A DNA stretch of 64,000 nucleotides from Psammoneis japonica (lineage: Eukaryota), in assembly GCA_008632985.1 (NCBI GenBank), contig QPGO01000062.1, positions 310,001 through 374,000 on the forward strand, written 5' to 3'. Position numbers and translations under genes: made by a program. The notes under the pieces were generated by a model that did no database searches, was not told the origin of the DNA, and worked only from the letters and a program-made list of their open reading frames with translations. Of this stretch, positions 48,501 to 61,038 are shown piece after piece (the first letter of the stretch is position 1; every line of letters starts with the position of its first letter).

Positions 48501-48550
48501 ACGTCCACCTCATTGTCCTCAGAGCCGGCCAGCGATTCCGCCTGCTTCAT
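45549..48550 (-). CDS. Type II membrane protein with two tandem copies of a 'W.PQGITG.WDA' propeller-like domain; frameshifted at 47.1-47.6 kb
   Basis: TM helix VLILLALLTIVGLAIGLGVGL and EPP repeats. PQGITG.WDA, SYRHLLL, GFRVFDL, LDRSSDPPALV and MQGA.RY.G each occur twice. Confidence 0.7.
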
Positions 48551-49549
48551 GGTAAATATCCTTGTTTCCTCCTTGTAGCACTTTCAAATCTGCCACTTAT
48601 TCCTGTGGATCCTTTTTCACTTCTGATTGCTTCGCTTCGTTTCGTTACTTCTTCCACAACTTGATACTGGGTATGCTGCGCTCTTCGTGCCTTATTCGTC
48701 AATCAGTTCTCTTTATCTGTCTGTATTGAAAACGATAAAGGGCACCACAAATTAGAACACCAAACAACAGGGAAAGAAAAAGAAGATACTCTGACGCGTT
48801 CCATGTTCGATACAATGATTGAACAGGCATAATGATATTCGAGCACGTGCCGAACGATAGAAACTGTGCATTTTGCTGGATTCACTCTACTAGAAACAAA
48901 ACACGCACGGCAAAACACCCTTGTTGTATGCGTCACTGACTATGGTCGAGCATGATCAATAAAGACACCTTACAGATAAGATCTATACTTACCGTTTGAA
49001 AACAACTTCGATCCGAACTCTGTAATCGCGTTTCATTTTTTTTTTTTGTGAGAGAGACCACGTGAAATTATAATACACAGAGTGTGTATGGATCGTGGCT
49101 AAAAGGATGAAGCAGATGGTGCTGTCGTCACGAACGAGAACCTCGAACCAACGACCATGTGCAAAGGCATCTCACTATCATTTATCATTGGAAAAGGCAC
49201 CAGGAAAATTCCTGCGAGTCGTAGTAACTGCACTGCTGCTCGAAGACTTCGCATCCATCCCGGGATTCTCATCCATTAGTTTTTCTCCTTCCTCGAATCT
49301 CTGGGAATGTTGCGACGATGAGAAGCCCGAGTAGATCACAAAATGCGGTGATGCGAAGTCCAAAGTCCGGCGTCATCATTGTTTCGTGGCAATCGTGCAT
49401 CGGTGCCGAGTTGGGGGTTGATGCGATGCTCATTGGGTTGATGTGCTCATGCGCGCCGAACTAAACTTTAAAAGCACAACCGACTATGACTGATTTGCGA
49501 TACGAGGTATCACAAATCCGAATCCATCCACAATAAAATCTTTGCAACC

Positions 49550-51140
49550 ATGATGAGATTGCCGTCGTCCTGGCGACGACTCGTCCTCGTGTCGCTCGTT
49601 CTTGTATTGATATGGAACGATGTGTCTGCAGACGACACAACCACTACCTTTACGTCTATGACAATGGGTCTTCCAAAAACGGAATCCATGTGACTCTGTC
49701 TGAAACTCAATTTGCTCAACTCGAACAAGAATCAGCATCCTCCTCCTCCGATAATAATATTCCACCCGGAGAAGGCTTTGCCGTGGCCATGTCGACTCGT
49801 CCGGGTGTTGTTGTATCGAAATACAAGGCACCACAACCGGTACTGGCGACTCGTGCATACCGAGAGGATGGGGAACTCATCACGTCTTTTGAGCAATTGA
49901 AACCTTATTCTGGCAAAGTACTACGACGAATTTATTTGGTGGCCGAAGGCCTTGAATTCATTTGGCCCTTTGTTGAGTTGGGACACAATCAGACGGTTTC
50001 CACAAATGTTGTTCCACCGATTGATAACGACAGTAACAATCCCGTCATTTTGGAAAGTGTCTCGGATTCGCCACGCGTCTTTCGTGTTTACAACATGGCA
50101 ACTCCTGAAGAAGCCACGGCCATTATCGAATCGGCTCTCAATGCCACGGGCGACAATGCTCTCCAACGCTCGACGGTGGGTGGGAGATCGGGCAATACCG
50201 AGGGAAACGATGTCGCACGTCAAGATGTCGGTCGAACGTCCGACAATGCCTGGGACTCGACCAGTCGGTGGCTAGGAAAATCATGACGCGCTCCTTTCAA
50301 CTGACCAACATTGCCGAAAATGATGGCAAACGCGATGGACTCCAAGTCGTGCGGTATCAACCCGGACAGGGATACAATACGCATCCCGACTACTTTACTT
50401 CAAAAGATGATGACCAAGATTTTGATTTTCATCCCTATTCCGGTGGGAGCAATCGATTTGCAACCGTATTCATGTATTTGAATACTCCGGAAGAGGGTGG
50501 GCAACCGTGTTTCCACGAGCAACGACTACAAAAACAATGTTGGTACCAAACAAATTGACATTCCAAAAGATCTTTTCAAACCGGGAACCTGGCAAGAACG
50601 GGTCCACAAGGACTGTCAAACCAAGCTGGCCGTGTCACCCCAATTGGGAACGGCTGCACTCTTTTACAGCATTACACCCGATGGTCGAATCGACCCAAAG
50701 TCCCATCATGCCGCTTGTCCACTCGTTCGCGGTACTAAATGGGGTGCCAATATCTGGATTTGGAACAAGCAACGTTATGGTGATATTCGAACGGGTGATG
50801 CGCGGACCGTCATGGTGCACAATACTCTACAAGAGGAAACAGTGTACATTTCATGGGAAGGACGAGACAATGGCAGTATTCCTCCCGGTCAAGCCATTGT
50901 CATCAATTCCTATGAATACCATCGTTTCAAGGCATCGTTTCATTCACACAAGGACAAGGCCTTTGATGAGTTTACCGTACAAAGCGGTCAACCCAAAGAC
51001 AACAACAAGTGTGGGAAATTAAAAAGCCACGACAGCGAACGGCACGAATGGTAGAGCAGCAAGAAGACAAGGGGTGTAGCAAACGAGGATGAATCTGAAG
51101 CAGTTGATTATGAGAGGAGAAACATCACAATGAGCTCTGA
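49550..51140 (+). CDS. P4H: Prolyl 4-hydroxylase-like 2OG-Fe(II) dioxygenase, ER-targeted (HNEL); several frameshifts
   Basis: Signal peptide from ATG 49550, motifs SPRVF, RTSDNAW, LQVVRY..GQGYNTHPDYF, NRFATVFMYLN and HAACPLVRGTKWGAN.W. Ends CAC AAT GAG CTC TGA at 51140. Confidence 0.85.
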
Positions 51141-51462
51141 AACGTGAATAAGCTCGGAGCTGGTGTATGGTGTAGTGTAGTGTATCTATTGTATTAAGAG
51201 TGTTATGTTTTTACAAACTAGGAAAGCTATTAGACAGAACTCGTTCGTTTTTGTTTTGTTGTTCCACAACTCAAAAAAAAAAGATCACAACGGACGACGC
51301 ACAGTCAGGCGTTGGAGGCAATTTTTCATTTCGAAATTCATCGTATGATGCTAACGTTATTGTCGCTGTACTTGAAACCCTCCTCTTCCTGTATGCTTTA
51401 GTGTTCGCTATCAATTGAATGACTCTCATTTGTAGCTGCAAAAATGAAATCATGGATTCAGT

Positions 51463-52397
51463 ATGCAATTGTTCTCATCTTGGCCGGTCACTTTGTGTTA
51501 CAATTTCTGTACCTACAACGTGAACTCCATCCACAACCTTCGTTTTTGTTTGATCGGAAACGATTTCAGCAACAACAACATCGTCCAAGAAAAATCGAAA
51601 ATTAAAAATGTGGCTCCCATTTATTGCCCGATCGACTCATTACCGTGTTTGGATTGGAAAGCAGTGGCACTACCTTTGTGGCAACTACAATTGCACAAGC
51701 ACTGGGAAAGAATATATCTTTTGAAGATGACATGATGATGGATCGTTGGAAATGTCACGACAACAAGACGGAAATTCAACACGTCAGTGAACCCTTTGGA
51801 TACTTTGGCAGTCGTTTCATGAAGAATAATCTTCCCGAAATTGAACCCGTCTTTTATCCTGATTTTTGCATGATGTACCCCAACGAACCACACCACGTGA
51901 CGGAATCCATGTTTTTTGAACGCATGTTGGATCGTAAAGACGAATGCAATGCTCTACTAAATACAACAAAAGCACCACTCTTGTATCCACAACGCTTCTT
52001 TATCAACATCACGTCACACATTGATTGGTATCGAGAACGGGGTGTCGATGTGACGGCCGTGATTGTGGTGCGAGACGAGACGATTCACTTTCGTGGCATT
52101 CGACAATACCATGTACACGACAATGAAACGGCGGCACGAGAACAATATGACATTGGTCGACAATTGATTCTACAAGCCCTACATTATGAGAATGTGATTT
52201 TGGTGAGCTATGAAACCTTAATGAGTCTCCAAACTGTCTACTTGTTGAAACTCTACAAGCAATTGAGAATCAACAGTACCTTTGTTCCAGAGTTTCGAGA
52301 TGGCAATGCCAAGCACATTAGTAACGTCACGAGCTATCCAGAAAAGAATGACACGAAAAAGCTAGTACATGATCATAAAGAGAATGAATCAAAATAA
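51463..52397 (+). CDS. Sulfotransferase-like / P-loop-like protein; 5' end uncertain
   Basis: LITVFGLESSGTTFV, IVVRD and LVSYETLM motifs in a 257-aa ORF. Upstream part is in another frame. Confidence 0.5.
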
Positions 52398-52641
52398 AAT
52401 GAAAACTACTCGAGGCTGTGGTGTGTGCTTTTGCGTTGTTGTTGTTGGGCAATCGGGTTTGTCGTCGTTGCATACTGGGTCTCTAGTAGTAGAGCGTAAA
52501 AGAGCTTTCACAAGTAGTTTCTCCCCCCACGATAATTCTTGATAGCAAGACCAATGATATAATGCATCAAGTAGATACAAAACTCTGTACTCTAGTGTAA
52601 CTTACAAAAAAGTCTCCCCCAGAATTACCGCCAAATGCATT

Positions 52642-54287
52642 TTACGACATGAAGGTTCCCTGTGCCAACATGAGTAGCTCTTGCGCTAGTTCATTATCAT
52701 TGGCATCATGCTCCTTGTCGTCGTCGTTGTCCTTGTTATTGTTTGGCTGGACAGCTGCAGTAGTCGTAGCAGTCATTGTAGTAGTAGCGGTGGTAGAATC
52801 TACAGCCACTACGGGCGGTGTCGCTGCCGCGGCTGGTATGATTGTCGTAGATTGCGTTGCTTCGATAGCGGGTGTTGAAGCGGCATCGGCCACTAGTGTC
52901 GTTGGAGTTGTCGTCGTGGTTGAAGCAGCAACTACTGGAGTTGCTGCTGCAGCAGCAACTGGAGTTGTTGTTGCTGCTGTATTATTGGATGCGAGTATCG
53001 CAACGGGTGTCGTTTCTGTACTACTGGCGGTTGCTGCCGGTGTAATCATGGCAGCAATAGGTGTTGTAGTCAATGGCGGTGAGGTACGTTCCAGTTGCGG
53101 TTGCTGATGTTCTTTGCTGGTGGTAGTCACGTCCATAGCCACAGGTTGTTGCTCCTGTACCACTTGCATAGCCACTGGTTGTTGCTCCTGTTGTACCACT
53201 GGCATAGCCACGGGTTGTTGCTGCTGTACCACGTCCATAGCCACGGGTCGTTCCTGCTGCTGCACCGCTTGCTGTTCTACCTCTGCTACTACAGTGCTCG
53301 TTTCACTCTGAATTGGAGGAGGAGGCGTCGATTCTCCATGCTGAGACACTGGCGATGCTGGTGCAGCCAAAAGATACTTGTTGTTGTTGTGCTTTCCATC
53401 ATTACTACTACTCCCCACAACCGCTGTTGATGTTGTTGTCGTCGTCAATTGATTCGCATTATTCTCACCACCATTATTATTCTCAGTAGATGCAACAACA
53501 ACATTATCTTGCATGGCGGCAATGGCATCAATGGTATGTTTGACAAAGCGTCCCTTGATGCGTCGTCGTTGATCGGCAAAGGATTTGCGTACATTGTATC
53601 GAATCGTCTTGTCCCATTTCCGTTTTTGCTTCTTGGCCTTGAAACGATTGAGAATGGCTTGACGTTCACGTGCGGTATACAAACCAATACGACCGTCTTG
53701 ATTGTATAACTGAAAAGAGAAGAGATGAGATGTGTATGGGAATTTATGATTGAGAAACAACAACGTATGAAACAACAAAGAATAAATCAATCAATCACAC
53801 TCACTTGTTTGTGTTTGGGTACTTCATGCGGCAACAACAACATATTATTGCTAGATTGTTGTGATGATGATTCTTCTGCCATTCCTTCCTCGTCACTGTT
53901 ATCTTGATTTGTACTACTACGAGTTGAAAGACATTCTTCCATAAATCGTGCTCGTGCTCGTTTCAACAATTCGTGTGGTTCCAAATCGGCCGAGGAAACC
54001 GAATCATTGTCGGAAGAATTGTTGTGTGAAACAACGTGTTGCTGTTGTTGTTGTTGATGATTGCGTGATAAAGATGCATTACTATTTTTGCGAGAGGACG
54101 CAGTACCCGTCTTTTTTGACTTCTTGAGTTCCAATACTCTCGTCATGAACTCATCTCGACTGGCATCGAGCTCGTAACATGCTTGTCGTACCAACGAGGC
54201 AACGTGTGCCGTTCGATTGGGACTCCATAACATTAAATCCTCTTGTTGTAATTGAAAAATTTGTGTTGGTGTTGTTTCATTAGTCAT
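52642..54287 (-). CDS. CCT-domain protein
   Basis: RIGLYTARERQAILNRFKAKKQKRKWDKTIRYNVRKSFADQRRRIKGRFVK. Intron 53804-53710 (GTGAGT..CAG). Low-complexity Q/T/A tail with QQQPVAM repeats. Confidence 0.88.
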
Positions 54288-54684
54288 TGTTATAGAGTAT
54301 TCTATGAAAAAGGGTGATTGACAATGACAACAACGACAACAATAAAGCCTCAACAATAAAAACACGGAGAGAATTGTCGTTTTTGTGCGTGCGTGTGTCG
54401 TGTGGCGGGGATGTTTTATTTCGCTTGACACGTGCTGACGTGAGCATGTAGAAAGGTTATTGGGATTTGTGTATGTAGAACCGTGTAGAATTTCTACCAT
54501 CCTAAATCTTTCATCTCAAACACCCGGATGTAGCATTGTGCGAACTCCAAAACAGATTATCCGTTATGATTGTACATAAACATCGATACAAATCTAGAAT
54601 TACCGTTATATTTATGCCAGTAGAAATTTCACGTGCCATTCAACGCAAAAAGTCTTTTTGCAGCACACTCCATTCTTCACCACC

Positions 54685-54915
54685 ATGATTGTCCGTCAAA
54701 AGTTGCAATTGTTGTTGGTGTTGTTGCTTTCCTTTTTGGCACTGGCATCCTTTCATTCCGGTACAGGATCGACCTTGTGGCTTCAATGGTTAACGTTGGC
54801 GATTTTCTTTTCCTTTACCTTTATTTTTGATTGGGCCTTTTGCAACGAATCCGCTTTCCTATTCGATCCCGATGCCGATAATTGGAGACGCAAAACGGAG
54901 GGTGGGAAATATTAA
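54685..54915 (+). CDS. Small two-TM protein of 76 aa
   Basis: CACCATG start context, two hydrophobic segments and a polar tail FDPDADNWRRK. No family recognised. Confidence 0.5.
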   Translation: MIVRQKLQLLLVLLLSFLALASFHSGTGSTLWLQWLTLAIFFSFTFIFDWAFCNESAFLFDPDADNWRRKTEGGKY

Positions 54916-55539
54916 ATGAATGAAATGAAGAGAGTGGTGGCAAGAGTTGAAATAATGTGAAGTACGTAAGGCGAAGAGAAAGTATGGATGGATATGGAGT
55001 TTCTCTTGTGTGCGCGCACGTGGATGATGCGGGGATGATGGTGTATGTATGGAGTTGTTGAGAGAGAAGAATCAAGAATTGCATATGTACGATATTGTTT
55101 TTAGAGAACAAGACAAGAAAAAACACAACGATCCAGTCTACTCGCATTTTCGCGTCGTCGTATGATACCGAGTTTGATGAGGAAAAGTATGTACCGTTTG
55201 ACTTGATTTCGCATCCCATCGGCACTGGATACCTTCTGCGGTCATTATGTGTATGGAATTTGAGGAAAGCAAGGTGTCTCGGTTGTTTATTTTGCCATAC
55301 ATATCCTTTGTGCTATCGTCTTGTTGTATGAAATTGAAGCTTCCACCTTCTTTCCGAGCGCGTCTTGTTGTAAAAGTGATCCATCCACCACATCACACTC
55401 GTTTGCGTATGAAACTGAATAGTTCCACCATCACAAAAAGTGCGGCGACGTTTTTCTCGTTTTGTTTTTGGAATGCTCACAAGGTTGATCATCCTACACA
55501 CACAAATCTCGTTGCGTTGCCCATTTTTGAGAGACAAAC

Positions 55540-56410
55540 AGCATGAAAAAGGCTTTTTGTGTTTTTTTTTGCCGCCAGAGACCTCATGCCGGCAAAAGAG
55601 AGCTTCGACACATCATGTGGTGACTACCTTGCGTGAAATTATGGCCAAGTCGTTGGGAGAATCAAACGCAACACACACACACACACACACACACACACAT
55701 TGGTTGCTGCTAAATTGCTGCTAAAGAGTGACGACGCTAGCCACAATGGGTCGGAGAGCACAAATGATGTTTGCAGTTTCGTCATTGATGTGGAATGGGA
55801 TGAGAATCCATTGTGATTTCATTGCGTTGTGGTGGAGCAAAACATCATGATGCGCTTGTGCCACCCAAGTTTGACATGTTTCACAGCCGTCTTTGGCTGA
55901 GACATTGTGGATTGATCAATGGGAAACAAACCCCAATCTAAAATGCCAAACACAAAACAAGAATGTGGCAGCCACACCACTCAAAAAATCGTGGGGCAGA
56001 ACAAGCATTGTGCCACCCCTCAGTTTCGCTTGCTGCACAGCTGTCTTTGGCTGAGAAAATTGTGGATTGATCAATGGGCAACAAACCCAATGTCCAAAAT
56101 GCCAAACAAAACAAGAATCTGGTGCCGCTAAAAAAAAAAGCCATCGGACAGAAGAACACAAAGGGAGCGGTGCTGGAAAAGGAGACAAGCACAGAGAGTG
56201 TGCCATTTGAGTTTGACTGTTTCCATGCCAGAGCTGTTGATTGAACAGTGTTTGGCAGCAACAACATGCTGTCAGTTGAGTGGCAGAAAGGCGCAGACAA
56301 CAAAGACACAAAGTGAAACAGGACAAGCACTGCCATCACCAGCCGAGTTGTCGGGAGAATTGGGGGTTGCCACATGTGCCGCGCCACTGCTGTGTGTTGC
56401 TGCTGAGAGT
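55540..56410. repeat. TpA-depleted repeat with an internal duplication of about 150 bp; a diverged direct copy lies at about 61135-61430
   Basis: TGTGCCACCC..GTCTTTGGCTGAGA..GTGGATTGATCAATGGG at 55858 and 56009. GGAGCAAAACATCATGATGC and CCAGAGCTGTTGA.TGAACAGTGTTTGGCAGCA are shared with 61137-61400. (CA)n at 55671-55699. Confidence 0.8.
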
Positions 56411-56781
56411 GGAGTGTTCTTGCCGACCCTCGAGGGAACATCTTTTCCGGGTTTCTTGAACTGGGACGTCACCGTGCGTCGCCGTGCGAATGTCTTGGCG
56501 CCACCTGACGTCACCCGACCTGCAAGGAGCCATGCGAACCCACCCTCAGAAAACGCTCCCTCTTGCAGGTTCAGGGGTGAATCACAACCCGTTTCACCTG
56601 CAAGAGGATTCATTCCCTCTGGTGCAAATTCTGCGCATTTTTGACGCAGTGAAACGCTTTCAGGTGGAATGAGAACTCCGCAACAAAAGCAAAACGCGCC
56701 GCCATCGCAACAACAAACACATCAATTGATTGTCACGACGAGCATCACAACCAAGCCACAGCATCCATGCAGCACATCATC

Positions 56782-57833
56782 ATGTCTTCTGAACACCCAC
56801 AGCATCACAAGTTTGCATGGGCTTTGGAAGAGTTGAAGAAAGCTTCCAGATCTGGTGGTTCTGGCACAAACAATGGAGCAGGACAGTCGGCCCCCGGTGC
56901 CAGCGTCATTTCTGCATCCAGGCCAGCCCCTTCTACGACTTTGGATGGGGAAGAAGCAGCTCTCATGGAAATCACGAATCTCTCAATTGATCTCACAGAG
57001 GATGCAACAGTTGACTTGATCAACGAGGAGAAAGGAGTGACAAAAAAGCCAAAGCTTCCAAAGTTGCTGCAACCCGAGAACGAGAGCTTGTTGTGCGAAT
57101 TGCTCTTCATCATGCAAACAAAGAAAGCACATCACACATCAAGCACATTTCGAAAGATGCGACCACCAAGTCAGTCTGGCAGCCAGTTCTGGACGAGTTC
57201 TACGATGGACCTGATGGCCCTGCTCGCGGCCATTTCAAGCCAACTGGTGAGTTTGCGCATCGCACTTTTCAACAAAAATGCTGGGGCATTGTGGACACGT
57301 TGGCTGAGCGTGCTTTAAACAAGGAGGAAGGGCATCGCACCCCTTGTGAGATCTCTGCATTGGCCATGTGGAAGGAGCAGAAAGATCTGACAGAAAAGGA
57401 CGAAGAATCCAGGTCGGAAGCGACGGCAAGGAAGGAGGAAGTGGCTGCTGCGAATGCTTCAAGCGAAGCCAAACTCAAACTCACACCTCCAAAACCATTC
57501 AGCAAGAAGCGTCCAGTCCCAAGCATTGCTGTCACTCCCTCTGAGAGACCTGATGGAAAAGTGCGGGGGGAGCCCAGGTCGAAGGACCGTGTGCTGGATT
57601 TGGAAAAAACCCAAGAGAAGGCAGACAAAGTCTTGAGTGACATCAAGGCTTTCCTCCCATCCAGGGAGGAGATTGGAGAAATCAACAAGCGCAAGAAGAG
57701 GAAGCTTCAGTTGGGCACAATGGCGTCCGTAGCAACAATGATCTCGCAGGGCAGGGATGCGGGTCTCGACGTCTCAAGGTTTCAAGAGCATTGCAAGCAG
57801 CTGCAAGACGAGCATTTTAAAGATCAGGCCTGA
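56782..57833 (+). pseudogene. Accessory ORF2 of the transposon (putative DNA-binding partner), frameshifted near 57130
   Basis: Two overlapping ORFs inside the TIRs, convergent with the transposase. Role inferred from the two-gene architecture of PHIS elements. Confidence 0.55.
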
Positions 57834-57884
57834 AAAAGATCAGGCTGTGCTTGGCATAAATTAGGATGCATGTTTCATGTCGCC

Positions 57885-59132
57885 GAGCACTTTCTAATGG
57901 TAGTAATTTTGTTTCCATAACTTGAGCAGATCAGAATTCTGATGTGCACATCCGAACGCCGCCGCAAAATTGCGTGCCAAAAATTCCCAGTCCGTTTTCA
58001 TGAACTGCCGGCAGGCGTTGCTCCAGAAGTAATGGGAGTTTTGCAACAATGAACAGTGTTAATGCCATCTGCAGAACGAGTACTTTCTAATGGTAGCATT
58101 TTTGTTTCCATACCTTGAGCAGATCAGAATTCTGTTTTATATATCCAAATGACACCGCAATTGCGCGCCAAAAATTCCCAGTCCGTTTTCATTAACTACC
58201 GGCAGGCATTGCTCCAGAATTAATGGGAGTTTTGCAACAATAAACAGTGTTAATGACATCTACAGAACGAGTACTTTCTAATGGTAGTGTTTTTGTTTCC
58301 ATACCTGAAGCAGATCAGAATTCTGTTTTATATATCCAAATGACACCGCAATTGCGCGCCAAAAATTCCGAGTCCGTTTTCATTAACTACCGGCAGGCAT
58401 TGCTCCAGAATTAATGGGAGTTTTGCAACAATAAACAGTGTTAATGACATCTACAGAACGAGTACTTTCTAATGGTAGTGTTTTTGTTTCCATACCTGAA
58501 GCAGATCAGAATTCTGTTTTATATATCCAAACGACACCGCAATTGCGCGCCAAAAATTCCTAGAGTCCGTTTTCATTAACTACCGGCAGGCGTTACTCCA
58601 GAAGTAATGGGAGTTTTGCAACAATAAACAGTGTTAATGACATCTACAGAACGAGTACTTTCTTATGGTAGTATTTTTGTTTCCACACCTTGAGCAGATC
58701 AGAATAGTCTTTTATATATATCCAAACGACACCGCAATTGCGCGCCAAATTCCTGGTGCGTTTTCATCAACTAGGCGTTACTCCAGAATTAATGGGAGTT
58801 TTGCAATAATAAACAGTGTCAATGACATCTACAGAACGAGTACTTTTTAATGGTAGTATTTTTGTTTCCACATCTTGAGCAGATCAGAATAGTCTTTTAT
58901 ATATCCAAACGACACCGCAATTGCGCGCCAAATTACTGGTGCGTTTTGATGAACTAGGCGTTACTCCAGAAGTAATTGGAGTTTTGCAACAATAAACAGT
59001 GTTAATGCCATCTTCAGAACGAGTACTTTCTAATGGTAGTATTTTTGTTTCCATGCCTTGAGCAGATCAGAATTCTCTTTTATATATCCAAACGAACGCA
59101 GTTGCGCGCCAAGTTGCTAGAGTGCGTTTTCA
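57885..59132. repeat. Tandem array of 6 full units plus 1 partial unit, 183-193 bp each, inside the transposon
   Basis: GAG(T/C)ACTTT starts at 57885, 58078, 58269, 58460, 58653, 58838 and 59021. Confidence 0.96.
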
Positions 59133-59201
59133 GGCAATGGAAGTGCCAGGAGATCTGTGACATAAAGATACAAGAAGCTACATTCTATACTAAGTTTGTA
59201 T

Positions 59202-60650
59202 CTAATGTAAATTTAAGTAGTTTTGAATTGATGGAGGATCAACACCAAAAGTGCCGATCGCTCCAATCTGGTTATGATGAAAGCACGTGTAGCAGTTTGT
59301 TAGTAGAAAAGACACACGAAGCTGCTCGCAAGCATACGGGCTTTCATAGTAAAGCTTGAAAGGGCAGAATGTCCTGCACACGCGAAACACATTTGACACA
59401 ATACCATAGCTCCACTCCACAGTGATGCGCACTACCTTGAGCCGATAATTTTCGAGCATTTGCATGGGCGTGAGCGGCGGCACCCCGTTGTGGCCAGGTT
59501 GATGTGCGTGGAGCACACATTGTTGTTGAGCAAATCCCCGGTCTGTGTGCACCGCATGCAGCGTGCCATCTTGAAAGTGTCCTTGTTGCATGTCTGCCAA
59601 GTGCTGGTTCACGGCAGACAAGCGCTGCAAATCGGTGTCAGCTCTGGGAAACTCAAAAATCGAACGCAAATCGATGAGTGCCTGTGTTTGACGTGACAAA
59701 CAATTGCAGCACAGAACTGGCAACTTTGCACTTGCCTACGAGCTGAAGTAGGACCCCACACAATGCACAAGCCATTTGGAAAGACCACAGATAACATCTT
59801 AATTCCGTGAACGTGTTTGTAGCCCGTGCAAACAGATCGCTGAATGTCGTCCGAGTCGGGGCGCCGAGGAGCATCTACCCAGTCATCAGCTGGCCCTGTT
59901 CCAGGAGTGTTTGTTTCAAAAATTGAACAATCCATAAAGCCCATGATGTTGAATTCCCCTGGTGGACAAACAAGACCGGGGACGTTGCATGCTTGGTCAG
60001 TGTCTGGGTCAGTCCAAGCAGCCCGTTGCTTCAGTTTGCGCTCCATTGCTCTGGCGAACAACGGAAAATCATCAACCCATCTCTGAAGTGCTTCTTGTCC
60101 AATGACAGGAGCATGTCTGTCATCAAGATGCATCAAAAACCACCTGTGTCCATGCGACCACCGAGTCAAATCCCTGCCTCCAAAGCAGTCATCCACCAAC
60201 ACGGTGTTGTCGAGTCCAAGTGCCACCCCAGTCAAGGAAAACAAAAACAATTCCTCACCAGTGAATTGGCAATGATGCCCATGAGCACATGGCACAAGAA
60301 CAATGTCGGGTGGCTCAAACAAATCATGCAGCACTCTCAACTCCTCCACGTCGAATCGAGTCGTCCGTTCGGCACAGTTGTCAGAGCAATCATCGATTCG
60401 TCGGTGATGCACAGGAGAAAAGTCAATGGGACGATGCTCCTCCTCACATGTCACATCACCAATTGTCGCACTCGCATCAGCCCAAATCTGAGCCACATGA
60501 CGACACGCAAAAATGCCGCCCAATGCACGCGCAAGAGCGACGCCAAACGGATCGTCCGCATCACCAACTTGTTCTGGATCAAACAAATGCCCATTTTCCT
60601 GATTGACAACATCAATTCTGGACACGATCGAAAGCAGAGTGAGATTGCAG
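59202..60650 (-). pseudogene. DDE_Tnp_4 (Harbinger-like) transposase with a probable intron at 59735-59644
   Basis: IMGFMDCS, CTGYKHVHG (YxGYK..H), FPNG..WGP.SARR|AD, HTDRGF and VRITVEWSYG motifs. Donor reads GCAAGT. Start uncertain. Confidence 0.88.
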
Positions 60651-61038
60651 ACCATTGAATAACTGATTGAACAGAACGCATCCAGAACATCTCTGTTCTC
60701 CTCAGTGCAGATGCTCCTCGTGCGTTGAGAGACCGATCCCTCATGTTTCTGTTTGTCAGCCGCCATGCCAATTTGCGGCAGTGTCCATGGTGAAAAAGCC
60801 TTGGTTGTCTTGGCATGACACAGATCACAAGTGCAACAATGATGCAAAAGTGTTTCTCACCTTGGCGGACGAGAACACCCGCAACCCCATCGTCAAAGCA
60901 TCAAAGCGCAGGCCTCCAGGCCGCGTTGAGGGTTGAAGCTGATCGGGCCGGCGAGTCGTGATTGAGTCGAGTGTTGAAGCACGAACGGATGAGAACCCCA
61001 GACCCATGACCCGTGAGGGTCAGTGAGAACACTCTAGT

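Larger units (their letters stand above)
56411..61035. mobile_element. Complete PHIS-superfamily DNA transposon (Harbinger/Pangu-like), 4625 bp
   Basis: 21-bp TIRs at 56411-56431 and 61015-61035 (17/21 match), AGT target duplication at 56408-56410 and 61036-61038, and two convergent genes. Confidence 0.88.

Noticed and set aside
52649..53430. Val/Ala- and Cys-rich plus-strand ORFs
   Set aside because: They are antisense to the low-complexity tail of the CCT gene.
57885..59132. Possible CRISPR array
   Set aside because: The units are full-length tandem copies of about 190 bp with no unique spacers. There are no cas genes and the context is eukaryotic.
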